Below are positions 31,701 to 41,273 of a stretch of DNA of 64,000 nt, in pieces. Under the pieces are notes generated by a model. It was not told where the DNA came from and did not search any database. It saw only the letters and a program-made list of their open reading frames with translations. The position numbers were made by a program, and so were the translations under genes. Numbering within the stretch: position 1 is the first letter of the stretch; every line of letters starts with the position of its first letter. Source of the stretch: Gemmatimonadota bacterium (GTDB taxonomy: Bacteria > Gemmatimonadota > Gemmatimonadetes > Palauibacterales > KS3-K002); the NCBI GenBank assembly GCA_039586795.1, contig JBDHJS010000014.1:1-64000 (forward strand). Direction: 5' to 3'.

Positions 31701-32693
31701 CTACCAGCGTATCAGTGTTCCGGCCCAGGTGAGCCCAGCGCCAAAGGTTACCATGAGTACCAGCGAACCTTCCCGGATTCGCCCCTCCGCACGTGCCTCG
31801 TGGAGTGAGACGGGAATCGTGGCAGACGATGTGTTGCCGTACCGATTCACGTTTACCCAAACGCGATCCATCGGGACACCTGCGTACTTGGCGGTAGCCT
31901 CGATGATTCGGTAGTTGGCCTGGTGAGGAACCAGCAAATCAACTTCGTCCTTGGTAACACCCGCTTGCTCGAGGACGGCATCAACCGCTTCGCACATGGA
32001 ACGGACGGCGTTCTTGAACACTTCGCGCCCCGCCATTCGCAGGTGGCCATCCCGAGCTACGATCTCAGCCACGTCTATTGGGACCGGATCCCTCCCGCTG
32101 GGCGCGCGGTACAGCAGCTCTGCAAGACTGCCGTCCGATCTCATGTAGCTGGCAATGATGCCACGTTGTTCGTCGTCGGATTTCTGAAGCACGGCGGCAC
32201 CGGCAGCATCACCGAAAAGCACGCATGTGGCGCGGTCGGTCCAGTCGACGATACTGCTCATCTTCTCGGTAGCGATACACAATACCGTGTTCGCCTGACC
32301 TGTCTGGATGAACGCACTCCCTATGTTGAGTGCATACAACCAGCCACTGCACGCTCCCCAGACATCAAATGCCACGGCGTTGGTTGCACCCAGCTGAGCC
32401 TGAACATCGCAAGCGGTCGCGGGAAGCAATCGGTCTGGCGTTGCCGTGGAAACGATGATCGCGTCGACGTCGGATGGGTCCAGGCCGCCATCTTCCAGCG
32501 CATCCATGGCAGCATAATGACCCATCTTCACAACCCCCACGTCGTCGGCCGCGATACGACGCTCCTTGATGCCGGTCCGTTCGGTGATCCATTCGTCCGT
32601 GGTGTCGACCATTCGTTCCAGGTCGGCATTCGTGAGCACCCTGGTCGGCGCCCACATGCCTAGGGACGTCATCCGGACCGTGCCGAGCGCCAC
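31701..32693 (-). CDS. fabH: Beta-ketoacyl-ACP synthase III
   Basis: GACSG, PHQAN, YGNTSSA. Confidence 0.97.
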   Translation of the reverse strand: MALGTVRMTSLGMWAPTRVLTNADLERMVDTTDEWITERTGIKERRIAADDVGVVKMGHYAAMDALEDGGLDPSDVDAIIVSTATPDRLLPATACDVQAQLGATNAVAFDVWGACSGWLYALNIGSAFIQTGQANTVLCIATEKMSSIVDWTDRATCVLFGDAAGAAVLQKSDDEQRGIIASYMRSDGSLAELLYRAPSGRDPVPIDVAEIVARDGHLRMAGREVFKNAVRSMCEAVDAVLEQAGVTKDEVDLLVPHQANYRIIEATAKYAGVPMDRVWVNVNRYGNTSSATIPVSLHEARAEGRIREGSLVLMVTFGAGLTWAGTLIRW

Positions 32694-32695
32694 GT

Positions 32696-33685
32696 CTAGG
32701 CCCTCGCGCCCGCGAGCCCCAAGAGCTCGACTCTGAGATGGTCCACCATATCACTCTCCACTGCTTTCACCGCCACACGCACGGCGTTCCTGATTGCGCG
32801 AGGAGGCGAGTCGCCGTGACTGATGATCGTCACACCGTTCACGCCCAGGAGTGGGGCGCCTCCGTGGTCCGCGTAGTCCAGCACGCCCTGCAGGCCGTGT
32901 AAGTCGATCGCCGCTTGCGTTCCTGCAAGCGCGCCGCTCACCAACCGGGCTACGCGCGCTGCCATCGATTCGTAGAACTTCAACACCACGTTGCCGACGA
33001 AACCGCCGCAAACGACGACATCGTGGTCGCCCGAGATCAGGTCACGCCCCTCTACATTCCCGACGAAGTTCAGACCGCTACCCTCCAACAATCGATACGC
33101 GCGCTGGCTCACCTGGTCTCCTTTACCAGCCTCGCCTCCGATGTTCAGCAGCCCGATTCTCGGTTCCGGTCGCTCCTCCAGGTCCCGTACGTATATGTGC
33201 CCCAGGTGAGCGAACTGCTCCAGATGCTCCGGCGTGCAGTCGGCGTTCGCACCAACGTCGATTAGAAGCGTCGGGTGCTCCGCGGCCGTCGGCAGCATGG
33301 CTCCTATCGCCGGTCGATTCGTTCCGGGAAGCGTCCCCAGCAACAACATCGACGCAGCCAGTACCGCGCCGGTCGAACCGGCCGATATGAAGGCATCGGC
33401 TTCGCCTGACGCCTGCATCTGAACCGCTCGGACGATAGAACTGTCCGTCTTGCGTCGTACCGCTTCCACCGGCGACTCGTCCATCCCGATCGACTCGCTG
33501 GCCGCCACGACTCGCACGCGGCCGCCCGGCACGACCTGGTCCTCCAACTCCCGCTCGATCGCCGCGGGCTCGCCCACCAGCAGTACCTCGAAATCCCCAT
33601 CGAGATGCTGGAGCGCCTCGATTCCGCCCTGCACCGGCGCCGCAGGCGCGTTATCGCCGCCCATCGCATCGATGGCTATTCGCAT
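32696..33685 (-). CDS. plsX: Phosphate acyltransferase PlsX
   Basis: MRIAIDAMGGD start at 33685, DVGANAD, FVGNVEG, GGAPLLGV. Confidence 0.96.
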   Translation of the reverse strand: MRIAIDAMGGDNAPAAPVQGGIEALQHLDGDFEVLLVGEPAAIERELEDQVVPGGRVRVVAASESIGMDESPVEAVRRKTDSSIVRAVQMQASGEADAFISAGSTGAVLAASMLLLGTLPGTNRPAIGAMLPTAAEHPTLLIDVGANADCTPEHLEQFAHLGHIYVRDLEERPEPRIGLLNIGGEAGKGDQVSQRAYRLLEGSGLNFVGNVEGRDLISGDHDVVVCGGFVGNVVLKFYESMAARVARLVSGALAGTQAAIDLHGLQGVLDYADHGGAPLLGVNGVTIISHGDSPPRAIRNAVRVAVKAVESDMVDHLRVELLGLAGARA

Positions 33686-33708
33686 GAGGGCTCCGCGTCT
33701 TCGTACGG

Positions 33709-33770
33709 CAAAAAAACGACGAGCACGTCGACCCATTCCGCCTGGGTGACGCGCCCAACCGCTCACGTCG
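33709..33770 (-). terminator. Long hairpin plus U7 tract between rpmF and plsX (intrinsic terminator or attenuator)
   Basis: Minus strand CGACGTGAGC...GCGCGTCACCCA-loop-TGGGTCGACGTGCTCGTCG followed by TTTTTTT. Confidence 0.65.
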
Positions 33771-33884
33771 GGACCCGAAAAGTGCCTCTCCAGTCAAGCC
33801 AGAGCCGGCGGCTGCTCTTACTGACAACTCCCAACCGACGGCGATGGCCGGTGGGAGCTTCTGTGTCAGGCGCTTAGACGAGTC

Positions 33885-34070
33885 CTAGTACTCTGTCTCG
33901 ACTTGAATGACTTCAGCGTTTCGGTAATAACCGCACGTCGGGCAGATCCGATGTGGCAACTTCGGATCGCCACACTGAGGGCAGGCCTGCGTCGCCGACG
34001 CCTTGGTTTTGAAATGCGTGCGGCGTTTCCGCTTGCGAGCCTTGGAAGTTCGTCTCTTCGGTACAGCCAT
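33885..34070 (-). CDS. rpmF: 50S ribosomal protein L32
   Basis: [19 protein letters not shown], two CxxC pairs. Confidence 0.97.
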   Translation of the reverse strand: MAVPKRRTSKARKRKRRTHFKTKASATQACPQCGDPKLPHRICPTCGYYRNAEVIQVETEY

Positions 34071-34098
34071 CGTTCTCTCTATGCCTCTTCTAGATTCT

Positions 34099-34608
34099 CT
34101 AGATCTTCTTCTTCAGAGCCTGCAAAGGACCCCAACGCGGATCAGGCTCCGATGAACCACACTCGCATTCGCCCTGACTCAGACTCGCTCCGCAGTGAGC
34201 GCAGATACCGGGACAGTCCTCCCGACAGACCGGAAATCCGGGCACCTGCAAAACGAATCGCTCCCCAACCGCGGCGCGCAGGTCAAGCTCTTCTGCGTTC
34301 GGGTCGAAGCCGTAGAGTGTAAGGTCACCCTCTCCCGCCGAGGTCTTCGGGTCGAACAGCAACTCGAAATCATCCGATATCGTGAGTTCGAGTGGCTCCA
34401 AACATCGGCGACAAGTCGTCCGCAACCGACCCGACAGCGAGCCCCGAACCCAGATGCCCCGGTTCGGGGATCCCTCGGCTCGAGCCTGAACCTTCAGCGG
34501 CTCGGCCAATTCCAAGCCAGAGCCGGACCACACCCCATCATCGACGGCGATCACGCCCTCGACCTCCACCGGGGCCTGGTCCAGACTCCGCAATTCTATT
34601 ACTAGCAC
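34099..34608 (-). CDS. DUF177/YceD family protein
   Basis: [27 protein letters not shown]; upstream of rpmF; GTG 34608 preferred because the -10 abuts ATG 34617. Confidence 0.9.
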   Translation of the reverse strand: MLVIELRSLDQAPVEVEGVIAVDDGVWSGSGLELAEPLKVQARAEGSPNRGIWVRGSLSGRLRTTCRRCLEPLELTISDDFELLFDPKTSAGEGDLTLYGFDPNAEELDLRAAVGERFVLQVPGFPVCREDCPGICAHCGASLSQGECECGSSEPDPRWGPLQALKKKI

Positions 34609-34617
34609 GGCGCCCAT

Positions 34618-34646
34618 AGTCTATTGGGGGGCCCCACCTATGTCAA
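34618..34646 (-). promoter_or_regulatory. Sigma70-type promoter of yceD-rpmF-plsX-fab
   Basis: TTGACA-17 nt-TAGACT on the minus strand. Confidence 0.7.
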
Positions 34647-34684
34647 CGTACCGTTTCGGCGTATTTTCGGGCCCCGACATCAAA

Positions 34685-34785
34685 CGAGTACGAACACCAT
34701 CACCAGTACGAGTGCGAGTACGAGGCCTTAGCGTCGTACTCGTACTCCTACTCCTGGATCGTACTCTTTATCGTACTCGTACTCG
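34685..34785. repeat. Hexamer (CGAGTA/TACTCG) tandem-repeat hairpin downstream of ndk
   Basis: AGTACGAGTGCGAGTACGA-N10-TCGTACTCGTACTCCTACT plus further TCGTACTC copies. Confidence 0.8.
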
Positions 34786-34790
34786 CCGAC

Positions 34791-35210
34791 TCACCCCCAG
34801 AGAATTTCCTGCTTCGAAAAGAAGAACCCCAACTCGATCGACGCGTTCTCGTCCGAATCCGACCCGTGTATCGCGTTGCGCTCCTTGTTCTCCGCGTACA
34901 ACGCCCGAACCGTCCCCGCCGCCGCCTCAGCCGGATCCGTCGCGCCAATCACTTCACGCAGATACGCCACCGCGTCATCTCGCTCTAAAGCCAAAGCCAG
35001 AATTGGCCCTGAGGTCATGAACCGCTTGAGCGCCTCATAGAACGGCCGCTCCCGATGCACGGCGTAGAATTCCCCCGCCTGCTCGTCGCTCAGCCGAGTG
35101 TAGCGAGCGGCGCGGATCCGAAACCCCTCCTCCTCCAACTTGGCGAGGATGAGGCCGATCTTTCGCGCCTCGACGGCGTCTGGTTTGATTATCGCAAGTG
35201 TAAGACTCAT
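34791..35210 (-). CDS. ndk: Nucleoside diphosphate kinase
   Basis: [24 protein letters not shown]. Confidence 0.97.
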   Translation of the reverse strand: MSLTLAIIKPDAVEARKIGLILAKLEEEGFRIRAARYTRLSDEQAGEFYAVHRERPFYEALKRFMTSGPILALALERDDAVAYLREVIGATDPAEAAAGTVRALYAENKERNAIHGSDSDENASIELGFFFSKQEILWG

Positions 35211-35218
35211 AATAAGTT

Positions 35219-36115
35219 CTATATCGATTGATCAAGTAGTTTGTGGATGAGATCGGTCCGCGAAAGGAACCCGACCAGCTTCCCCTCCTTAACCACCGGG
35301 AACTGGGCCACCCGCTCCGTCAGCATCGTTCCCAGCACATCCGAGATCAGCTGGTCCTCGGAGAGGCACATCACACTTCGCTCCATAACATGCCTGACCT
35401 CGATATCCTCGATCTGCGCCGCCTCCTCGCCGCGGGCTGCGCCGCTCAGTATCTGCGGCAGAAAGTGCTGGAGCACGACGCTCTCGTTCACTAGACCCAA
35501 CACCTCACCATTGTCGCTCACAACCGGTACCGCACGACGTGAATGACGAGCCATGACTCGCAACGTCTCAGAGAGCAGCGTCTCCGGCGCGACGGTGCGT
35601 ACAGTACGGCTCATCAGATCTCGCACCAGCAGCTCTGGTCGCAGAACCAGATCTTTACCCGCCAGAAGGCCAAGAAACTCCTCCGTTGACCCGGCGGTCG
35701 CAAGGGCCTCGGCATAGGCGGGGTCACCTAGCAGCTCGCTAAGCGCGGCCAGCGCTTTCAGGTACTGCTTGGCGGCCTTTCGCGGAGCGACGATCAGGAT
35801 GAGAAGGTCTGCGTCGGGAGCTTGCGGCGGTGCGAACGAGAATTTCTTGGTGGCCCCAGCTACGGCGACCGCCAGCTCTTCCACTGCCTCGCTTCGGAAA
35901 TGTACGAAGATCGCTCTGGTGCCCAGTGCAGTCACCGGAGCACGATCGCGGTCGGCATGAACGACCGAATCGAGGGCTTCCCTATCGCTAACCAGTCCCG
36001 CACCATCGAGGCGGTCGATGAGCTTGTCGACCGCCTCGTCCAGGTTCTTCGCTTTCATCCCGAGGACTACCCTGTCGGGAGACAGCAGGCGCGAGATAGT
36101 GAGAGGACTACTCAT
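35219..36115 (-). CDS. PTS EIIA-like domain fused to a CBS pair
   Basis: N-terminal EIIA(Ntr/Fru)-like region ([22 protein letters not shown]), C-terminal VRDLMSR...AVPVV...[17 protein letters not shown]. Confidence 0.75.
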   Translation of the reverse strand: MSSPLTISRLLSPDRVVLGMKAKNLDEAVDKLIDRLDGAGLVSDREALDSVVHADRDRAPVTALGTRAIFVHFRSEAVEELAVAVAGATKKFSFAPPQAPDADLLILIVAPRKAAKQYLKALAALSELLGDPAYAEALATAGSTEEFLGLLAGKDLVLRPELLVRDLMSRTVRTVAPETLLSETLRVMARHSRRAVPVVSDNGEVLGLVNESVVLQHFLPQILSGAARGEEAAQIEDIEVRHVMERSVMCLSEDQLISDVLGTMLTERVAQFPVVKEGKLVGFLSRTDLIHKLLDQSI

Positions 36116-36987
36116 GCACGCATGGCCCGCTTGATGATGTCCGGCATATCCGCCGGTCGCTCCGCCACTTCCACCCCGTTCTCCTTGAAGGTAGTGATCT
36201 TCTCCTCGGCTGTCCCCGAGGATCCGGAGATGATCGCGCCGGCATGACCCATCCGTCGCCCTGGAGGTGCCGTTTGACCTGCGACAAACCCCACGACCGG
36301 CTTGGAGAGCTTCTGTTTGATATGCCGGGCGGCGTTCTGCTCGTCCGTCCCGCCGATCTCTCCGATCAGGACGATCGCTTCCGTAGCCGGGTCATCTTCG
36401 AACGCGTTAAGGCAATCGATGAAGTTCGTGCCGATCACCGGGTCGCCTCCGATCCCGATGCAGCTCGATTGCCCCAGCCCGGCTCGTGTCAGCGCCCACA
36501 CGACCTCGTAGGTTAGCGTGCCCGATCGACTCACGACGCCGATCGGCCCTTTCTCTACGATCTGGCCCGGAATGATCCCCAACTTAGTTTCGCCCGGCGA
36601 TATCATGCCCGGGCAGTTCGATCCGATCAAGCGCGCGCCCTGTTCCTTTACGTAGCGCGTCGCCCTCAGCATGTCCAGCACCGGGATACCCTCGGTGATG
36701 CATACGATCAGGTCCACACCGCTGTCCGCTGCTTCGCATATCGCGTCGCCCGCAAACGCCGCCGGAACGTAGATGACGCTAGCATTCGCCCCCGTCTCTT
36801 TGACGGCAGCTTCCATAGTGTCGAAGATCGGAACGTTGTCGTCGAACTTCAGGCCGCCTTTGCCCGGTGTCACGCCAGCGACAACCTTCGCCCCGTACTC
36901 GATCATCTGCCGGGAATGGAACGATCCATCCCGTCCGGTGATCCCCTGGACCACCGCTCTTGTATTGCTATCCGCGAATATTGCCAT
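36112..36987 (-). CDS. sucD: Succinyl-CoA synthetase alpha subunit
   Basis: [25 protein letters not shown]. Confidence 0.97.
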   Translation of the reverse strand: MAIFADSNTRAVVQGITGRDGSFHSRQMIEYGAKVVAGVTPGKGGLKFDDNVPIFDTMEAAVKETGANASVIYVPAAFAGDAICEAADSGVDLIVCITEGIPVLDMLRATRYVKEQGARLIGSNCPGMISPGETKLGIIPGQIVEKGPIGVVSRSGTLTYEVVWALTRAGLGQSSCIGIGGDPVIGTNFIDCLNAFEDDPATEAIVLIGEIGGTDEQNAARHIKQKLSKPVVGFVAGQTAPPGRRMGHAGAIISGSSGTAEEKITTFKENGVEVAERPADMPDIIKRAMRA

Positions 36988-37005
36988 CGGAGTCGTTTCC
37001 TATCT

Positions 37006-38142
37006 TCAGTTCTTCGCCAACTCGACGGCTTTCTTCACCGCCTCATCCATGTCGGTCATGGCGCTGAACCCTGCGCCCTCCAGGATCTTCACCGCCTGCT
37101 CTTCATTCGTGCCCGTCAAGCGAATCGTGATCGGGACCGTCAACTCGATCTCTTTCGTCGCCTCGACGATGCCGTTGGCCACATCGTCGCAACGCGTGAT
37201 GCCGCCGAAGATATTGAACAGAATCGACTTCACGGCAGGATCCGACGTGATGATCTCGATCGCCGTGATGACTTTTTCGGGGCTCGACGAACCTCCGATG
37301 TCCAGGAAGTTGGCCGGCTCCCCACCGTAGTACTTCACCAGGTCCATGGTCGCCATCGCCAGACCGGCTCCGTTGACGCAACAGCCCACATCTCCATCCA
37401 GCTTGATGTACGTCAGACCCTGAGCGCGCGCCCGGACCTCCTCCGCCGCTTCGCTCTCGACATCCCGCAGCTCGGCAATCTGCTGGCGCCGGAACAGTTC
37501 GTTGTCGTCAACGTTCAGCTTGGCATCGATCGCCTTGAGCTCGCCGTCTCCCGTGGTGATCAACGGGTTCACTTCGATCAGCGAGGCACCGGCGTCGATC
37601 ATCGAGGCATACAGCTTGGTGATGATGCTGGCCGCCTGGCGGGCTCGGGCCGCATCGCCTGCATAGAGCTTGAACGCCAGCCGCGATGCCTGGTGCGGCA
37701 TCAGTCCGTAGCGCGGATCTACCGTTTCCTTATAGATCAGTTCCGGGGTCTTTGCCGCGACTTCTTCGATGTCGATCCCGCCTTCTGGCGATGCCATCAG
37801 CACCACGGCGCCGGACGCGCGATCGACGATCGCCCCGAGATACGCCTCATGAGCGATGTCCTCTGCCGGCGATACCAATACTTTGTCCACCGTAAGACCC
37901 TTGATATCCATGCCGAGGATCTTCTCGGCGGCAGCCCGCGCCTCGGCCGGCGTGTCCGCCAGCTTCACTCCACCGGCCTTCCCGCGTCCGCCCGCATGGA
38001 CTTGTGCCTTGACTACGACCTTGCCGCCATACCCGGCGGCGATTTTCTCCGCTTCATCCGGCGTCTTCGCGACCTCGCCCGGCGGTACCGGGATCCCGTG
38101 GTCTCTGAAGATCTCCTTCGCCTGGTACTCGTGAATGTTCAT
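37006..38142 (-). CDS. sucC: Succinyl-CoA synthetase beta subunit
   Basis: MNIHEYQAK start at 38142, KAQVHAGGRGKAGG, NGAGLAMATMD. Confidence 0.97.
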   Translation of the reverse strand: MNIHEYQAKEIFRDHGIPVPPGEVAKTPDEAEKIAAGYGGKVVVKAQVHAGGRGKAGGVKLADTPAEARAAAEKILGMDIKGLTVDKVLVSPAEDIAHEAYLGAIVDRASGAVVLMASPEGGIDIEEVAAKTPELIYKETVDPRYGLMPHQASRLAFKLYAGDAARARQAASIITKLYASMIDAGASLIEVNPLITTGDGELKAIDAKLNVDDNELFRRQQIAELRDVESEAAEEVRARAQGLTYIKLDGDVGCCVNGAGLAMATMDLVKYYGGEPANFLDIGGSSSPEKVITAIEIITSDPAVKSILFNIFGGITRCDDVANGIVEATKEIELTVPITIRLTGTNEEQAVKILEGAGFSAMTDMDEAVKKAVELAKN

Positions 38143-38318
38143 CTCAGCTCTCGCAGTTTCTTTAATAGCTCCAGCAGGGTGCCTTGAACCCCGCCATACG
38201 GTGCACGCTCTGTGCCTCAACTTGTTGCCCTCTTGGCTGAGCCGGAGATGCTATTCCGGGACCCTGCGGCGTCGTCTTGTCCCGTTGTGTGCCGCAGCGG
38301 CTCGCCACCGTCAAAGGC

Positions 38319-39695
38319 TCAGAGCTCCAGTTTGAGGCCCTGCTCGTCCAGCCAACTCGAGATTTCGGCGCTGATCGCGGCCAGCGTACCCTCATCTTCG
38401 GCCTCGAAGCGAAGCACCAGAATCGGCTGTGTGTTGCTGGCCCGGATCAACGCCCACCCTCCGGGCATCTTGATGCGAGCCCCATCCACATCGATCACCT
38501 CGTATCGTCGCTTGAAGTGGTCAACGGCCTTCGCCACCAGATCGAATTTCGTTTCGTCTTCGCAATCGACTCTGATCTCCGGCGTCGAAGCCAGCTGCGG
38601 AATCCCCTCCAGCAGCCCCGACAGCGCTCCGCCCGATCGTGCCACCACGTCCACCAACCTGAGGGCTGCGTACGGCGCATCATCATAGCCGTAGTAGTCA
38701 TCCGCGAAGAACATATGGCCGCTCATCTCGCCGGCTATTCGGGCGCCGCTCTCCTTCATCTTCTTCTTGATCAGCGAGTGTCCCGTCTTCCACATGATCG
38801 GCTCGCCGCCCGCTTCCGCGATCTTGTCCTCCAGTACCTGAGAGCACTTTACATCGAAGATGACCTTCTCGCCCGGCACACGTTTCAGCGCATCCAGCGC
38901 ATAGACCAGCAACAGGTAGTCGCCGCGAACGATATTGCCGTCCTCGTCCACCGCTCCGATCCGATCCGCATCCCCGTCGAACGCTACGCCCAGCTCCGCA
39001 TCGCTCGATCGAACCCGATCTATGAGATCGGCCAGGTTCTCATCTACCGTCGGATCGGGGTGATGGTTGGGGAAGCTCCCGTCGGGCTCGCAATACAGCG
39101 CATCGACATCGGCGCCTATGCGCTCGAGCATCGGCACCGCCGTCAGGCTGCCCGCTCCGTTGCCACAATCCACGACGACCTTCACTGGACGCTCTAGACG
39201 GAAGCGGCCCGAGATATCGTCCATGTACTCGTCCAGGATCGGTCGCTCTTCTATCGATCCCGTGCCGTCGACATAGTCGTCGGCCTCGATGCGCTCGCGC
39301 AGCCGCTGGATCGATGATCCGTAGAACGGGCCCTGGGAGGTCAGCATTTTGAACCCGTTGTACTCCGGCGGATTATGCGACCCCGTGACCTGGATGCCGG
39401 CATCCGTGCCCAGATGATGCACCGCGAAATAGAGCGTCGGCGTCGGAACGCAACCAACGAAAAGCACCCGCGCCCCGGTTGATTTCAAGCCCGCGCCGAA
39501 CGCCGCGGCCAGATCGGTAGAGCTGTTCCGGTTGTCGTGGCCCAGCGCTACACTCAGCTGGTCCGACCCGAATTGCTCGCGGAGCTCGCTCCCGTAAGCC
39601 CGCCCCAGGTGCGCCGCTACATCCGCCGTCAGATCTGAGCCTACAACCCCTCTGACGTCGTATTCCCGAAAGATGTGGTGGCTAATGCTCGACAT
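38319..39695 (-). CDS. Phosphomannomutase/phosphoglucomutase (AlgC type)
   Basis: FREYDVRG, TGSHNP, DGDADR, GEMSGH. Confidence 0.95.
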   Translation of the reverse strand: MSSISHHIFREYDVRGVVGSDLTADVAAHLGRAYGSELREQFGSDQLSVALGHDNRNSSTDLAAAFGAGLKSTGARVLFVGCVPTPTLYFAVHHLGTDAGIQVTGSHNPPEYNGFKMLTSQGPFYGSSIQRLRERIEADDYVDGTGSIEERPILDEYMDDISGRFRLERPVKVVVDCGNGAGSLTAVPMLERIGADVDALYCEPDGSFPNHHPDPTVDENLADLIDRVRSSDAELGVAFDGDADRIGAVDEDGNIVRGDYLLLVYALDALKRVPGEKVIFDVKCSQVLEDKIAEAGGEPIMWKTGHSLIKKKMKESGARIAGEMSGHMFFADDYYGYDDAPYAALRLVDVVARSGGALSGLLEGIPQLASTPEIRVDCEDETKFDLVAKAVDHFKRRYEVIDVDGARIKMPGGWALIRASNTQPILVLRFEAEDEGTLAAISAEISSWLDEQGLKLEL

Positions 39696-39755
39696 AGTTC
39701 ACCCTCCGCCCGAAACCATGTTTCGGAGCCGCAGGTTTCATCCCTTCGATTCGCT

Positions 39756-41273
39756 CTAGTTCCGTGCGATAGGACTGGGATCGGTTACGTGGGCCGCCAC
39801 CTGCCGGAGGCCGTCCACGCTCTGACGCGCCTTCAGCAGCGGCCACGACGGGAAGAGCCCCATGAGAATGGTGACGATCGCGCAGATCACCAGCGCCGTT
39901 CGCAGGGAACCCGCCCATGTCACGCTCTCGCGCGGCTCGGCCGCCGGCTTCATGTACATGTTGACGATGACCCGCAGGTAGTAGTAGTACGAGATCAGCG
40001 TACTCACCACCAGGACCACAGCCAGGTTCAGATAGCCGGCCTCCACCGCAGCTCTCAAGATGTAAAACTTACCCACGAAGCCCGCCGTTGGCGGCAACCC
40101 GGCCAGCGAGACCAGGAAGAGAGCCAGGATGGCCGCGGCCCATGGCCGAGTCCACCCGAGCCCATTGTAGTCCGACAGTTGCTGGTACTTGTCTCCCTTG
40201 CCCGCCAACACGAGCACGATCGCGAACGCTCCGACGATCATCGCCGTGTAGGCGACCAGGTAGAACAGGAACGACGCCATGCCGGACTCATTCGCCGAGA
40301 TCAAGGCCACCAGCAGGTATCCCGCGTGGGCGATCGACGAGTAGGCGAGCAGTCGCTTGATGTTGTTTTGAACAAGGGCCATCAGGTTCGGCAGCATCAT
40401 CGTCAACACCGCGAACCACCAGATGATCGTCTCCCAGTACGGATGGAAATCGCCGAGACCGACCACGAATATCCGAATGAACGCCGCGAACGCCGCGCCC
40501 TTCACCGCCGCACCCAGGAACGCCGTCACCGGCGTGGGGGCGCCTTCGTAGGCATCCGGCGTCCAGATGTGGAACGGCACCGCCGATACCTTGAACCCAA
40601 AGCCGATGGCCAGCAGAGCCAATCCAGCGATGGTCAGGATCCCTACGGAGTCCGCGCCGACCATCAAGCTCATCAAGCCGATGTTCGTCGTGCCGCTCGT
40701 GCCGAGCAGCAGCGCCATCCCGTAAAGCAAAAACGCGCTGGCGAAGGCGCCGAGCAGGAAGTACTTGAGAGAGGCCTCAGCCGACCGCGGGTCCTTTCGA
40801 TTGAAGCCCACCAGCACGTAGACCGCGATAGACATGAGCTCGAAGCCGAGGAAGATGAGAATCAGGTCGCGGCTACCCGCCAGAATCATCATTCCCACCA
40901 GAGCGAACAACAGTAGCGCGTAATACTCGCCGTCCGTCATATCCTCGCGGACGTTGTAATCGAAGCTGATCAGTACGGTCAGCGCGCCGGCGCCCAGGAA
41001 GATGAAGTTTGTGAAGATTCGGAACCCATCGATCGCCACCATGCCGGTGGTGCCGACTTCCTCCACTCCCATCAACCAAATGTTCGCGGCCATCGCCAAC
41101 GCCAGAAACAGCATGGCGCCCCAGCCAACGCCCCGATTGTCGCCGTCACCGCGCCGCGAGAAGCCATCTATAATGAGCAGAACCAGAGCGCCCGTCGCCA
41201 GAACCGCTTCCGGCAACAACGCCCACAGGTAGTCGAGATGGCTTATGAAGTCTAATTGCATCGCCCTTATCAC
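39756..41273 (-). CDS. nuoN: NADH-quinone oxidoreductase subunit N
   Basis: EASLKYF, FKVSAVPFHIWTPDAYEGAPT, KRLLAYSSIAH. Confidence 0.96.
   Translation of the reverse strand: MIRAMQLDFISHLDYLWALLPEAVLATGALVLLIIDGFSRRGDGDNRGVGWGAMLFLALAMAANIWLMGVEEVGTTGMVAIDGFRIFTNFIFLGAGALTVLISFDYNVREDMTDGEYYALLLFALVGMMILAGSRDLILIFLGFELMSIAVYVLVGFNRKDPRSAEASLKYFLLGAFASAFLLYGMALLLGTSGTTNIGLMSLMVGADSVGILTIAGLALLAIGFGFKVSAVPFHIWTPDAYEGAPTPVTAFLGAAVKGAAFAAFIRIFVVGLGDFHPYWETIIWWFAVLTMMLPNLMALVQNNIKRLLAYSSIAHAGYLLVALISANESGMASFLFYLVAYTAMIVGAFAIVLVLAGKGDKYQQLSDYNGLGWTRPWAAAILALFLVSLAGLPPTAGFVGKFYILRAAVEAGYLNLAVVLVVSTLISYYYYLRVIVNMYMKPAAEPRESVTWAGSLRTALVICAIVTILMGLFPSWPLLKARQSVDGLRQVAAHVTDPSPIARN

Noticed and set aside
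34685..34785. CRISPR array (also considered for 58406-58485 and 54781-54887)
   Set aside because: Units are 6-8 nt with no unique spacers and there are no cas genes
34748..34948. Arg/Ser/Thr-rich small ORFs around ndk (34748-34948, 34640-35020)
   Set aside because: By-products of the hexamer repeat and ndk alternate frames
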